Origin: Candidatus Poribacteria bacterium | GTDB taxonomy: Bacteria > Poribacteria > WGA-4E > WGA-3G | Length of the DNA stretch: 64,000 nucleotides | Direction of reading: 5' to 3' | Assembly (NCBI GenBank): GCA_022823085.1 | Contig: JAJDXV010000070.1 | Location: forward strand, 4,679 to 68,678 | Part shown: piece by piece, positions 55,401 to 64,000 of the stretch | How the letters are laid out: every line of letters begins with the position of its first letter | Position numbering within the stretch: position 1 is the first letter of the stretch | Translations under genes and position numbers: made by a program | Notes under the pieces: generated by a model | Told to the model about the DNA's origin: nothing | Seen by the model: the letters and a program-made list of their open reading frames with translations, nothing else | Databases searched by the model: none

Positions 55401-56810
55401 ATCGACGATGACGGCTATCTTTATCTGACGGGTCATTGTAAAAACATCATCGTCCCGGCTTCTGGTAAAAACGTCTATCCTGTCGAGCTGGAGGCACTTT
55501 ATGGGAACAGTCCGGCTATCGCTGAAATATGTGTTGTCGGTATCCCTTACGAAGACGGATCGGATACAGCCATTCATGCGGTCATTGTGCCGACAGATCA
55601 GGACGAGACTACGCAAACAGAGATTCAGGAACACCTTCAAGCGTGCGCGAAAGCGTTGCCGAGTTATCAGCAATTTCACAAACACCATCTCTGGAAGGAC
55701 GCACTGCCGAAAACTGAAGACGGCAGTATAGATCGGGTCGGTTTGAGACGTAACTTAGCGGCGCATATTAAAGAGATGGAGCAGATTCAGACAGATGCCG
55801 AAAAAGGGGTAGAAAGCGAAGCGTCTGGTACGCCGAGAACGGATGTTCCCGAAGAAATTCTATCTACGCTCGTTCGGTTGGCACGTATGCCGGCACACGA
55901 GATTCACAGCGATAGCCGTCTGGATACCGATTTAGGACTTGATTCGCTCACACGGCTTGACCTGTTGTTAGTCCTTGAAAACAGACTCGGTGAAACAGTT
56001 CCAGATGCGATGCTCGCTAACTTGGAGACGGTTGGCGACGTTGTTGCATTGATTGAGACCTTCCATACAGACGGAAAGCGCGAAAAACTGGAACACACCG
56101 AAACAGAAAAGCTGGAATTCAGACAGGTACCACACTGGTACGCGCGTGCCTTTCGCGCCGTGATGACTAAGATTTATAAACACTATTTCTCGCTCGAATG
56201 CCACGGACTTGAGCATATTCCGCAGGGGAAACCGTATATTATTATGCCGAATCATACGAGTCACCTTGACACACTGACAGTGATTACGGCGCTCGGAACG
56301 AAGGCGTATCGACTCTGGACGCTCGCTGCCCGTGATTATTGGTTCGCGACACGATTCCAAGGTTGGTTCGCTCGGACATGTCTCAACGCGCTCCCGATAG
56401 AACGCGAAGGCAATTTTACGGAGTTCCTACAGGACCTCCGGCTTGCAAACGAAGTGATGGCACAACATAACGGACTGCTCATTTTCCCCGAAGGCACACG
56501 CTCACTTGATGGCAACCTTCAACCCTTCAAACCGGGGGTGCTGAGTCTGCTCATCTACGGTCCCAGTGTCCCGATTATACCGGCTTATATTGATGGCACT
56601 TATCACGCGTTGCCGAAAGGTCAGAATTTTCCAAAGCGGCATCCGGTGCGTATCATTTTCGGAGAGCCGATCACCTTTGCGATAGATGAACCTTGGAACA
56701 CGCAAGACGGGGCACCGATTGACCCAGATAGATACCAAGCGTTCTTGGACTTGGCAGAGAACCGTGTCGCAGAACTCGGCGAAATTCTAAAACAACGGCA
56801 ACGCGCTTAG
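52476..56810 (+). CDS. Multidomain lipid-biosynthesis enzyme: fatty acyl reductase (NAD_binding_4) / AMP-dependent acyl ligase / ACP / PlsC-type acyltransferase
   Basis: 1444 aa. LITGGTAFLG and YTYMKFLAE (reductase), TMGTTVEAKG, YGMTET, TGDLGYIDDDGYLYLTG (adenylation), DLGLDSL (Ppant Ser), NHTSHLD and FPEGTRS (HxxxxD acyltransferase). Confidence 0.85.
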   Translation: MSITDFFRGKVLLITGGTAFLGQPLIAKILTALPDVEKIYLLIRSRTDTSGKRTSAQERLENELLASDVFASLRRLHGTNFSTWALQKLVAVEGELTDENLGFSAPDYQRLQREVQVFINVAGLVDFDPPFDDSLWGNALAAKHVVNFAKGCADAVFLHVSTAYVCGNKPGHVPEALPIPYEQYVASHREKTGVSIPETLSEEIEGLLSLSATIRAEADTPETLARLQQEAERQKKTTRKGIDAHVEELKSDWLEERLIEEGLKHARSRGWNDTYTYMKFLAEQMIMELRGELPTAIVRPSIIESSFDEPEPGWLGKFRMSEPLIVGFGKGRLPDFPADPDIILDIIPVDFVVNAMLAAAEATAKRGGIEVYHVATGTQNPLYFRGIFEATHDYFVENPMLENGKPVAVPVWQYPSMEEFQRKLDSRMTLLDLTIQVLDKLPIRAAKRKRRQLALKQSGIKALLHYIRIYAPYTRTSFEFETRKMQGLYEALSPTEQQRFNFDVSQIHWRRYFQEIHIPGIKKHVLKIEGSTANDSETDGARASATKQGRTGAEDESEESVAAPERIDPETIVDLIKTQASRIPDRVALQMASEDAWEQYTYAETYRLSRQVAWQLWQSGLGKGDRVVLVSENQPGWCIAYLAAVQIGAAVVPLDAQTPTAEILAIAEFTDAKSILASESVLEKAGAALSAAGSTLHNINKSCAVVGADNGRSGNGVAQPEQIPDDFPNVEITPDTVASIIFTMGTTVEAKGAMLTHGGFISNVQAVAKALPPTDTERILSALPLYHALSFSCSLLMALYSGTTATYVNALRPTTLLKTMRALKTTAFIGVPRLFQMLQGTIERQAAREETPGTTLPEKVQAVMGGEIRVLVSGGASLSDSVYDGFQKFGMVLYQGYGMTETAPVLSVNPYRKSRRGSVGPAVEGVELRIENPDSDGIGEIIAKGPSTMQGYYQNPAATTQAIRDGWLYTGDLGYIDDDGYLYLTGHCKNIIVPASGKNVYPVELEALYGNSPAIAEICVVGIPYEDGSDTAIHAVIVPTDQDETTQTEIQEHLQACAKALPSYQQFHKHHLWKDALPKTEDGSIDRVGLRRNLAAHIKEMEQIQTDAEKGVESEASGTPRTDVPEEILSTLVRLARMPAHEIHSDSRLDTDLGLDSLTRLDLLLVLENRLGETVPDAMLANLETVGDVVALIETFHTDGKREKLEHTETEKLEFRQVPHWYARAFRAVMTKIYKHYFSLECHGLEHIPQGKPYIIMPNHTSHLDTLTVITALGTKAYRLWTLAARDYWFATRFQGWFARTCLNALPIEREGNFTEFLQDLRLANEVMAQHNGLLIFPEGTRSLDGNLQPFKPGVLSLLIYGPSVPIIPAYIDGTYHALPKGQNFPKRHPVRIIFGEPITFAIDEPWNTQDGAPIDPDRYQAFLDLAENRVAELGEILKQRQRA

Positions 56811-56821
56811 GAAGATTTATC

Positions 56822-57505
56822 ATGTCAGAAACCTCAACCCCGAAAAAGAGGGTCGCCTTTTTTGATGTAGACGGCACGCTATTGAAATCTACGATTGTGC
56901 ATTACTACATCTATCTGCGTTCTGCGCAGATGCCGTTTCTGCTAAAGTATTTCTGGCTGATCGCGTTTTTGCCGAAAACTGTCTATTATCTGATTTTGGA
57001 CAGTATCAGTCGAACCCGCTTTAATCGGGTATTTTATCGTAGTTATCGCGGCATGGATGGCGTTGAAGTTAAGGCGTTATCAGCGGAAATGTTTGAAACG
57101 TCGCTCCGTCCAAAAATTTATGCCGAAGCGGTGTCTCAAATTCAAGAACATAAGGAAGACGGGACTGCTGTGGTCCTTGTAACTGGATCACTCGATTTTA
57201 TTGTGCAACCGATTGCGGATTATCTCGGTGTTGATGCTGTATTGGCACCGCAGCTTCGTGAAGAGAACGGACGATTTACGGGTGAACTGACGACTGTCCC
57301 GCTCATCGGTGAGGAGAAGGCGAAAGCGGTACGCAGTTACGCAGATCAACACGAAATTTCACTTGAAGAGAGTTATGCTTACGGTGATAGCGGATCCGAT
57401 CTACCGATGTTGGAATGTGTCGGGAATCCGGTCGCCGTGAATCCAGGCAAAAAGTTCCGCCAGAAAGCACTTGCATCTGGTTGGGAAATACACGAATGGC
57501 TTTGA
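56822..57505 (+). CDS. HAD-IB family hydrolase (SerB-like)
   Basis: 227 aa. FFDVDGTLL, VTGS, GDSGSDLPML. Starts 11 nt after the preceding gene. Confidence 0.75.
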   Translation: MSETSTPKKRVAFFDVDGTLLKSTIVHYYIYLRSAQMPFLLKYFWLIAFLPKTVYYLILDSISRTRFNRVFYRSYRGMDGVEVKALSAEMFETSLRPKIYAEAVSQIQEHKEDGTAVVLVTGSLDFIVQPIADYLGVDAVLAPQLREENGRFTGELTTVPLIGEEKAKAVRSYADQHEISLEESYAYGDSGSDLPMLECVGNPVAVNPGKKFRQKALASGWEIHEWL

Positions 57506-57535
57506 ATGGCTGACGGCTAAAAAAGGAGAATATAT

Positions 57536-57742
57536 ATGAATGTGAGACGTTATTTTGAATCGTTATCCGAACCGAACGATACGATGTTCGTTGAAATAGA
57601 CGATAGACACCGGTTTACGCGCCGTGGCGACGATTGGATTAAGTTCCGCACTGACCTAATCGAACTATTAGAGCAGACGATTTCTGAGGAGTTGTCGCAG
57701 GCATTCGAGGCAGCGACAGCGGATTGGATTTCGGAGGCATAG
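57536..57742 (+). CDS. Small acidic hypothetical protein
   Basis: 68 aa with AAGGAGA RBS. Confidence 0.45.
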   Translation: MNVRRYFESLSEPNDTMFVEIDDRHRFTRRGDDWIKFRTDLIELLEQTISEELSQAFEAATADWISEA

Positions 57743-57948
57743 TGACTCCTCTGGCTACTGAAACAAAACAAGAGACCTAAAAACCGGAGGCATTAGGAGT
57801 TGCGAAGAAAAAATGTGGACAAATCCGATATTTTGTGTTATCATTAAGTACACATATTTTGAATAATTATCAGTGGAAGACGGGGTTCCAAACCCCGCCT
57901 GCAAAAGTGTCTATTTATTGGTTTTAGTATAATAAAGGAGTTTGCGTT

Positions 57949-58221
57949 TTGCATCGACAATCTGCAAAAAAACACGCGCGCGCGGACAAGGCGAAACAGA
58001 TACGCAACCGCCACCGCAAAGCGACACTAAGAACAGCACTCAAACAGACAGAAGCCGCACTTGCGGCAGGCAACGTTGAGACGGCACAAGAATTGTGCAA
58101 AACGGTGGTGAGTCTTTTAGACCGTGCTGCCGGTAAAGGTGTTATCAAAAAAGGCACAGCAAATCGTCAGAAGTCTCGGCTTACCCGCAAATTGCATGCG
58201 CTCACCGAAGCGGCAGCGTAA
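57949..58221 (+). CDS. rpsT: 30S ribosomal protein S20
   Basis: 90 aa, TTG start after AAGGAG. SAKKHARADKAKQIRNRHRKATLRT. Confidence 0.85.
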   Translation: MHRQSAKKHARADKAKQIRNRHRKATLRTALKQTEAALAAGNVETAQELCKTVVSLLDRAAGKGVIKKGTANRQKSRLTRKLHALTEAAA

Positions 58222-58277
58222 TCTTCCGTCTCTACCGAATGCGTAAGGGTTAGGTAACTTAACCTCTACCGAATAGA

Positions 58278-59711
58278 ATGGAACTCGCGAGGTATCGGAA
58301 CCGTAAACGGCGAAACCTCGCGTTATCGCGAATGACGAACGCTCGCAAAGTCGCCTTAGCGTGTCTGCTAACCCTTTCACACAGCAGCGCATCAATAGCA
58401 TCAGTCGTTGATAGCGCATTCAACCGATGGAAGGTTGCTGGTCGTGAACGTCGCCTCATTAATGGGCTCGTCTACGGCGTTATCCGTTGGCAGCAACAAC
58501 TCGATTGGGTGCTGGATCAGTTTATTAATCCAGGGTTCGAGTTAGATGCCCGGCACCGCAATATTCTAAGGCTTGGTGCGTTCCAACTCTTACACCTCGA
58601 TGGCATCCCCGCACACGCTGCTATCTTTGAAACGGTTCAACTCGCGACTTCACACTTACCGCGCGGCAAAGGACGTAAAACTGCAGGGTTCATCAATGCG
58701 GTCCTCCGCTCTGTGCAACGTGAAGGTGCGACGCTCACTTATCCGCAGCTTGAGACGCATCCGGCTGAACACATCGCATTTTCGCTCTCCTACCCGACGT
58801 GGCTGGTCCAGCGGTGGCTTGAGACGCGCGGCGTTTCTTGGACGTTGGCGTTCTGTCGCGCGAGTAATCAGATCGCACCGCTCACACTCCGTGTGAATAC
58901 CCTCCTAACCAAACGTGAAGATGTTTGCCAATCGTTAGCAGCGAACGGCATCGTCGCGACTGCCTCCGAAATAGCACCCGACGGGATAGCCTTCGGACAT
59001 CGCGCGACCACCGCTTTTGATAGCACCGGTGAAGAGACCTTGAAGGATATCCTCAACCGACGGGACATCTATGTTCAAGATGAGAGTGCGATGTTGGTTC
59101 CGTATCTGCTCTCGCCAGCAGACGCAACATTCATCGTGGATTTATGTGCCTCGCCGGGTGGCAAGACGACGCATCTGGCGCGTCTTATGGGCAACGCTGG
59201 TAAGATCGTCGCCGTGGACATTTCGGCGGAGAAGATCGCTTTGCTGCAAAAGAACTGCCGACGTGTCGGCGCACGGAATGTTGAAACACAGGTCATGGAC
59301 GCAACGAAAGCGGATCTCGGATTTATGCGTCAAGCGGATGCTGTGCTGATTGATGCGCCGTGTTCAGGTTTCGGGACACTTCGGCGACATCCGGACATCC
59401 GATGGAATAAGACTTTAAAACAGTTACGCGCCCTCAGCGAAATACAATACAGCCTGTTAAGAAACGCAGCACAACACATCAAACCGGGCGGTGTCCTTGT
59501 CTACAGCACCTGCAGCATCGAACCGATAGAGAACGAAGCGGTCGTCCAGCGGTTTTTGAGAGATTTTCCGATGTGGACAGTAGAAAATGCACAACAATTT
59601 CTACCCGAAGTACCACCAAGTATTATAACACCACAAGGCTTCTTTCAGACATTCCCGCATGAACACGGGGTTGATGGCGCGTTCGCTGCACGTCTCCGGA
59701 AAAAAGTTTAG
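58278..59711 (+). CDS. rsmB: 16S rRNA (cytosine967-C5)-methyltransferase RsmB/Sun
   Basis: 477 aa (possible true start MTNARKVA at 58332). DLCASPGGKT, DAPCSGFGTLRRHPD, YSTCS. Confidence 0.8.
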   Translation: MELARYRNRKRRNLALSRMTNARKVALACLLTLSHSSASIASVVDSAFNRWKVAGRERRLINGLVYGVIRWQQQLDWVLDQFINPGFELDARHRNILRLGAFQLLHLDGIPAHAAIFETVQLATSHLPRGKGRKTAGFINAVLRSVQREGATLTYPQLETHPAEHIAFSLSYPTWLVQRWLETRGVSWTLAFCRASNQIAPLTLRVNTLLTKREDVCQSLAANGIVATASEIAPDGIAFGHRATTAFDSTGEETLKDILNRRDIYVQDESAMLVPYLLSPADATFIVDLCASPGGKTTHLARLMGNAGKIVAVDISAEKIALLQKNCRRVGARNVETQVMDATKADLGFMRQADAVLIDAPCSGFGTLRRHPDIRWNKTLKQLRALSEIQYSLLRNAAQHIKPGGVLVYSTCSIEPIENEAVVQRFLRDFPMWTVENAQQFLPEVPPSIITPQGFFQTFPHEHGVDGAFAARLRKKV

Positions 59712-59773
59712 AAGTGTGCGAAAGTTAGGAAGTTAGACTTTTCCAACGCGCTCCGTCGTAAAAGCACATAAAC

Positions 59774-60403
59774 ATGCTCGATTTCAAACTATACGCCATT
59801 ACCGACAGGCATCAATGCGCCCCGACACCGTTAGTCGATGTCGTCTCTGAATTGCTGGATGCGGGAATCACGGCTATCCAGTTGCGCGAGAAAGATTTAG
59901 GTGGGATAGAGTTGGTTGAATTGGCGCGACCGATTGCTGAATTATGCCGGAATTACGAAGCGAAACTTTTCATCAACACAAGCACGGAGATTGCACTTGA
60001 AATCGGTGCGACAGGGGTACACCTCCCAGAAAATGCAGCACCTGTAACCGCAGTGAAGGCATATAGCGGCAACGCTCTCTATGTCGGGTGTTCCGTCCAC
60101 AGTCTCGACGCAGCAGAGAGGCGGGAAGCAGAAGGTGCGGATTTCGTAACCTACAGTCCTATCTATCCGACAACCAGTAAACCGGGATACGGTCCCGCGG
60201 TCGGTATAACGTCGCTCGCTACGGTAGCAGAAGGCGTTAAACTCCCCGTCTTCGCGTTAAGTGGGATTACACCGGCACGCGTCGCGGCGTGCTTAACTGC
60301 TGGTGCCTTCGGTGTCGCAGTGATGTCAGGCGTTATGTCTGCTACAAGTGCGGGGGAACAAGCGAAACGCTATCTTGATGCATTAGGGACAGGAACTCTA
60401 TAA
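59774..60403 (+). CDS. thiE: Thiamine-phosphate synthase
   Basis: 209 aa. LYAITD, IQLREKD, GVHL and TSKPG motifs. Confidence 0.85.
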   Translation: MLDFKLYAITDRHQCAPTPLVDVVSELLDAGITAIQLREKDLGGIELVELARPIAELCRNYEAKLFINTSTEIALEIGATGVHLPENAAPVTAVKAYSGNALYVGCSVHSLDAAERREAEGADFVTYSPIYPTTSKPGYGPAVGITSLATVAEGVKLPVFALSGITPARVAACLTAGAFGVAVMSGVMSATSAGEQAKRYLDALGTGTL

Positions 60404-60415
60404 CAGGCGAAAAAT

Positions 60416-61210
60416 ATGAAACAGATTTTAACAATTGCAGGCTCGGATTCAGGTGGTGGTGCCGGTATACAGGCGGATATCAAGGCGATCTCGGCGAATG
60501 GCGGTTTTGCGATGTCGGCGGTTACATCCGTTACGGCACAGAACACGGTAGCAGTGACCGACGCGTTCGATCTGCCGATTTCACTGATTGAGGCACAGTT
60601 AGACGCGGTCTTTACGGACTTCGATGTCGCCAGCGTTAAGACGGGGATGCTCTCCTCATCAACGATTGTTGAGGCGGTCGCCGGGAAGTTACGGGCGTAT
60701 ACACCCCCCGCCACCGTTGTGGATCCTGTGATGATCTCTAAAAGCAAATTTCCGTTGTTAAAAACGGAAGCGATTGATAGCCTCAAAACAGTGTTGATCC
60801 CACTCGCGACGGTAATTACGCCGAATATCTATGAGGCGGAGTTACTTTCAGAACAAAACATCCGGAATATAGATGACGCGAAACGTGCTGCGAAAACGAT
60901 TGGAGGACTCGGTTGCCACGCTGTCCTTGTCAAGGGCGGACATCTGCTCGGTGAAAACGCAACCGATGTGCTCTATTGCAATGACGAGTGGACGCTCTTC
61001 GATGCGGAACGTGTGGAGACAGAAAACACACACGGCACGGGTTGTACCTATTCAGCGGCGATTGCGACCCAATTAGCGCGCGGTAAGGACTTAATTGATG
61101 CTGTCAGGACAGCGAAATTGTATATTACGGGTGCCATCCAACACGCCTTGGATATTGGGAGTGGTCACGGTCCGACGCACCATTTTTTTCGGGCGCGGGG
61201 ACTCGGTTAA
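60416..61210 (+). CDS. thiD: Hydroxymethylpyrimidine / phosphomethylpyrimidine kinase
   Basis: 264 aa. IAGSDSGGGAGIQADIKA, VKTGML, TPN, GTGCT. Confidence 0.85.
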   Translation: MKQILTIAGSDSGGGAGIQADIKAISANGGFAMSAVTSVTAQNTVAVTDAFDLPISLIEAQLDAVFTDFDVASVKTGMLSSSTIVEAVAGKLRAYTPPATVVDPVMISKSKFPLLKTEAIDSLKTVLIPLATVITPNIYEAELLSEQNIRNIDDAKRAAKTIGGLGCHAVLVKGGHLLGENATDVLYCNDEWTLFDAERVETENTHGTGCTYSAAIATQLARGKDLIDAVRTAKLYITGAIQHALDIGSGHGPTHHFFRARGLG

Positions 61211-61217
61211 CCAGCCC

Positions 61218-61598
61218 TTACAACGGCTGCCGTCCGTCGAACCCATCGTCAATTTCGTGCCAGTAGCGGATCTCGTTTTCACCCATCTGCCAACAGAGAT
61301 AGACCTCTCTGCCTTGACGGAGGTGCGGGAAATCGACCAATCCGGGATCAAGTCCTTTCAAGTGACAACCGCGTGCTGCAATTCGGTCCAAGACCTCCTG
61401 AAATCGGGCAGTTGCTTTCAGTAACTCAGGTGTGTGCCGACTCCCCCCGTTCGAGGAAACCACCTCTAAGAGGGGTGTAATCATTGCATGGAGTCCTGCG
61501 AGTTGGGCTCTTATCGCTCTTAAGAGTGAAATCTCATCCATTAATTCAGGGATACATTCGTTGGCTTCTTCGACGGTAAAATATCGTTTTTTTTGCAT
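61218..61598 (-). CDS. DUF2203-family protein
   Basis: 126 aa. FTVEEANECIPEL...VDFPHLRQGREVYLCWQMGE..IRYWH. Confidence 0.65.
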   Translation of the reverse strand: MQKKRYFTVEEANECIPELMDEISLLRAIRAQLAGLHAMITPLLEVVSSNGGSRHTPELLKATARFQEVLDRIAARGCHLKGLDPGLVDFPHLRQGREVYLCWQMGENEIRYWHEIDDGFDGRQPL

Positions 61599-61704
61599 TT
61601 TGGGTTTCCTTTTTTTAAAGTTTCTTTAAGTTTACAAGAATATACCCAAAATGTCAATTTATTAGTTTTCAGTGAATTAGCCGACAGCCGATAGCCAGTA
61701 AAAA

Positions 61705-63348
61705 ATGGAAAATGAGACAAAAACCACAGCGCAACAGCATCAGAGCGTCACCCGTGCAGTTGGCATTGTCAGCGTCGCTGTCATGGTATCTCGTGTGTTG
61801 GGTCTCGCTCGCGAAACGGCGATAGGGTACTATTTTCGGTCGAAAGGGAGTGCGGACGCTTTTTATCTCGCTTTCCGCATTCCGAACTTCCTACGCGATA
61901 TGTTCGGCGAAGGTATCTTGAGCAAGGCGTTTATTACAACCTTCCTTGCGACAGAGGCTGAAGATGGTGAATCGGCAGCGTGGAACCTCGCGAATCGTAT
62001 TTTTAACCTGACCTTCCTCATTTTAATCGGTATCACAGCACTCGGTATCGTTTTCGCGCCTATCGTGGTCGATGTTCTGGCACGAAACAATTTTAACGAA
62101 AGTTTAGACACCGTCGCACACTTTGGATTTGAAAATAAAGTCGAACTGGCGATTTATCTCACGCAGTTGATGTTTCCGTATCTACTGTTTGTGTCGTTCG
62201 CAGCGATTGCGATGGGGTTGCTGAACAGCAAGGGACGGTTCGGCATTCCGGCTTATGCGTCCACTTTCTTTAATATAAGTTCTCTCGCTGTCGGGATCGG
62301 TGGCTACTATCTGGGTCCGACGCTTGATATCCACCGTGTAACGGGTATGGCGATCGGTGTCATTGTGGGTGGTATCCTACAGTTCCTGATACAGGTGCCG
62401 TCTATGTACCGCGTCGGGTTCCGGTATCGTCCGCTGCTGAGTTTTCGGGATCCCCGGGTGCTTCAAGTTGTGCGTCTCATTGGACCCGCCGTTTTAGGGG
62501 TTGCGGCGGTGCAGGTGAACCTATTGACGAACACGTTTTTTATCACCTCAGATTCTGGGTGGTTGACGTGGATTACGAGAGCGTATCGCGTTATGCATCT
62601 CCCGATCGGGATATTCGGCGTGGCGATTTCGACAGTGGCGTTGCCGCAACTCGCGCGGCTTGCAACGGCGGGTGAGACAGAGAACTTTCGCAACGCACTC
62701 GCTTACGCGCTCCGATTAATGTTTATCCTGACGATCCCCGCTGCGATCGGGTTGATGATGTTATCGGAACCGATCTGTCGCTTGCTTTACGAATGGGGTG
62801 AAACGGTCGAAGCGGATACATTCGGGACAGCGGGTCTCCTGTTCGTCTATGCGTTCGGTCTGTGCGGGTTCTCAACATTGAAGATCGTCACAGATGGATT
62901 TTACGCTTATAAAGATATTCGCGCGCCTGTTATCGTCAGTATCTGCGCCGTCGTGCTCAATATCTGCCTCAACTATCTGTTCATCTACCGAGGCTTCTTT
63001 TTCGATCCGCGTGCCGTGGTATTCTCAACGGTTTTGACGGTGACACTCAATTGTTCGGTTTTACTGCTGCTGCTGCGCCGTAAGGTGGGCGGATTGGGAC
63101 TGCGATCGGTTGCACCGCTGACCCTTAAAATCCTGATTGCCTCGGCGGTGATGGGGTGCATCTGCTGGTTAACGAACGGTGTCATCGAAGGCGATTTGAT
63201 CGGCACGGAGGGGATCGTTCCGCGTGTTATCGGTGTGTTCGTTCCGATCGGGTTCAGCCTGCTGACACTCGCAGCGATGTATAAGTTTCTGAAGGTTTCG
63301 GAATTCGATGACATTTTGAACATTTTTAAACAGCGACTCGGAAAGTAG
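61705..63348 (+). CDS. murJ: Lipid II flippase MurJ
   Basis: 547 aa, polytopic. SRVLGLARETAIGYYF...DAFYLAFRIPNFLRDMFGEG. Confidence 0.85.
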   Translation: MENETKTTAQQHQSVTRAVGIVSVAVMVSRVLGLARETAIGYYFRSKGSADAFYLAFRIPNFLRDMFGEGILSKAFITTFLATEAEDGESAAWNLANRIFNLTFLILIGITALGIVFAPIVVDVLARNNFNESLDTVAHFGFENKVELAIYLTQLMFPYLLFVSFAAIAMGLLNSKGRFGIPAYASTFFNISSLAVGIGGYYLGPTLDIHRVTGMAIGVIVGGILQFLIQVPSMYRVGFRYRPLLSFRDPRVLQVVRLIGPAVLGVAAVQVNLLTNTFFITSDSGWLTWITRAYRVMHLPIGIFGVAISTVALPQLARLATAGETENFRNALAYALRLMFILTIPAAIGLMMLSEPICRLLYEWGETVEADTFGTAGLLFVYAFGLCGFSTLKIVTDGFYAYKDIRAPVIVSICAVVLNICLNYLFIYRGFFFDPRAVVFSTVLTVTLNCSVLLLLLRRKVGGLGLRSVAPLTLKILIASAVMGCICWLTNGVIEGDLIGTEGIVPRVIGVFVPIGFSLLTLAAMYKFLKVSEFDDILNIFKQRLGK

Positions 63349-63372
63349 TGTCTTTCCGAGGGGAGGGGATTT

Positions 63373-64000
63373 TTGTTAACCAAACGTATAATTCCGTGCT
63401 TAGATGTGCGTGCTGGGAAGGTTACGAAAGGCATCGCTTTTCAGGGGAACGTTGATGTCGGTGATCCGGTTGAGATGGCACGCTTTTATTATGAAGGCGG
63501 TGCCGATGAACTCGTCTTTTACGACATTACAGCAAGTAATGAACGGCGCGATATAATGATTGATGTCGTCTCTGCCGTCGCCGCCGAGATTTTTATACCG
63601 TTTTCTGTCGGTGGCGGCTTGCGGACGCTTGAAGATATGCGCCGCGCGCTCCTCGCAGGTGCGGAGAAGGTGAGTATAGATTCCGGTGCCGTTCGGAACC
63701 CTGAACTTATTGCGGAAGGTGCGCGAGCGTTCGGCAGTCAGTGTGTCGTGTTGAGCATGCAGGTGAAACGCGTCCCGAAAAGCGAAGAAATCCCAAGCGG
63801 CTATGAGATTTACATAGACGGCGGCAGGAAACCGGTCGGCTGGGATGCGTTGGAATGGTCAGCCCGCGGTGTTGACTTAGGTGCAGGCGAAATCGTCGTC
63901 AATAGCATCGACGCAGACGGCACGAAAGCCGGATATGAACTCGAATTGACGGGTGCTATCGCGGATTTGGTGCCGGTGCCGGTGATCGCTTCTGGTGGTG
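63373..64000 (+). CDS. hisF: Imidazole glycerol phosphate synthase cyclase subunit HisF (3' end beyond window)
   Basis: Not in the ORF track (no stop in the window). TTG after GGGAGGGG gives [20 protein letters not shown]...[13 protein letters not shown]...SVGGGLR...[10 protein letters not shown]. Confidence 0.85.
   Translation, partial: MLTKRIIPCLDVRAGKVTKGIAFQGNVDVGDPVEMARFYYEGGADELVFYDITASNERRDIMIDVVSAVAAEIFIPFSVGGGLRTLEDMRRALLAGAEKVSIDSGAVRNPELIAEGARAFGSQCVVLSMQVKRVPKSEEIPSGYEIYIDGGRKPVGWDALEWSARGVDLGAGEIVVNSIDADGTKAGYELELTGAIADLVPVPVIASGG

Noticed and set aside
59712-59773. TPP riboswitch upstream of thiE and a trp leader/attenuator upstream of trpD (35106-35206)
   Set aside because: The thiE upstream gap is only 62 nt and lacks the conserved CTGAGA/ACCTGA TPP-aptamer elements. 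The trpD leader has a promoter and an RBS but no Trp-codon leader peptide or terminator/antiterminator pairs.

Overview
64-kb bacterial chromosomal segment with about 60 protein-coding genes. I saw no rRNA, tRNA or CRISPR array. The gene content resembles uncultivated PVC/FCB-type heterotrophs: a cytoplasmic sulfatase, four Gfo/Idh/MocA oxidoreductases, a PhyH dioxygenase, a DUF1080 remnant, giant TPR and HEAT-repeat proteins, and MoxR/VWA. The taxon is inference only. The housekeeping backbone is argG, eno-ftsB, trpD/trpC, birA, rbsK, rpsT, rsmB, thiE-thiD, murJ, hisF (truncated at the window end), korAB, and a split System-I cytochrome c maturation set. That set is ccmE-F-H plus a ccmI-like gene at 16.1-19.7 kb and ccmA-B at 25.3-26.8 kb, with a Cys-type (CxxxY) CcmE. 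Main points of interest follow. (1) At 45.15-46.18 kb there is a 342-aa HNH-less IscB homologue, i.e. an IsrB-type OMEGA RuvC nuclease with PLMP, RRxRR and split RuvC motifs. It is preceded by a 200-nt hairpin-rich leader in the position expected for its omegaRNA, and no transposase is adjacent. (2) A family of 119-120-nt intergenic elements has AGGACTTACGCA terminal inverted repeats. Four same-orientation copies lie at 26.9, 36.3, 37.5 and 46.3 kb. One sits 81 nt downstream of isrB and two bracket trpC. They carry compensatory substitutions in an internal hairpin, and shorter relatives share the same termini. (3) A 1444-aa reductase / adenylating ligase / ACP / acyltransferase fusion (ElbD-like lipid enzyme) is followed by a HAD hydrolase gene. 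(4) Further intergenic repeat and hairpin families are present: a 43-bp perfect direct repeat pair, a second hairpin with a compensatory change, REP-like CTAC hairpins and a heptamer array. (5) Gene relics are present: an argG 5' fragment, an internally collapsed DUF1080 gene, and a birA that may be 3'-truncated. All functional calls rest on motif recognition by eye; no database search was possible.
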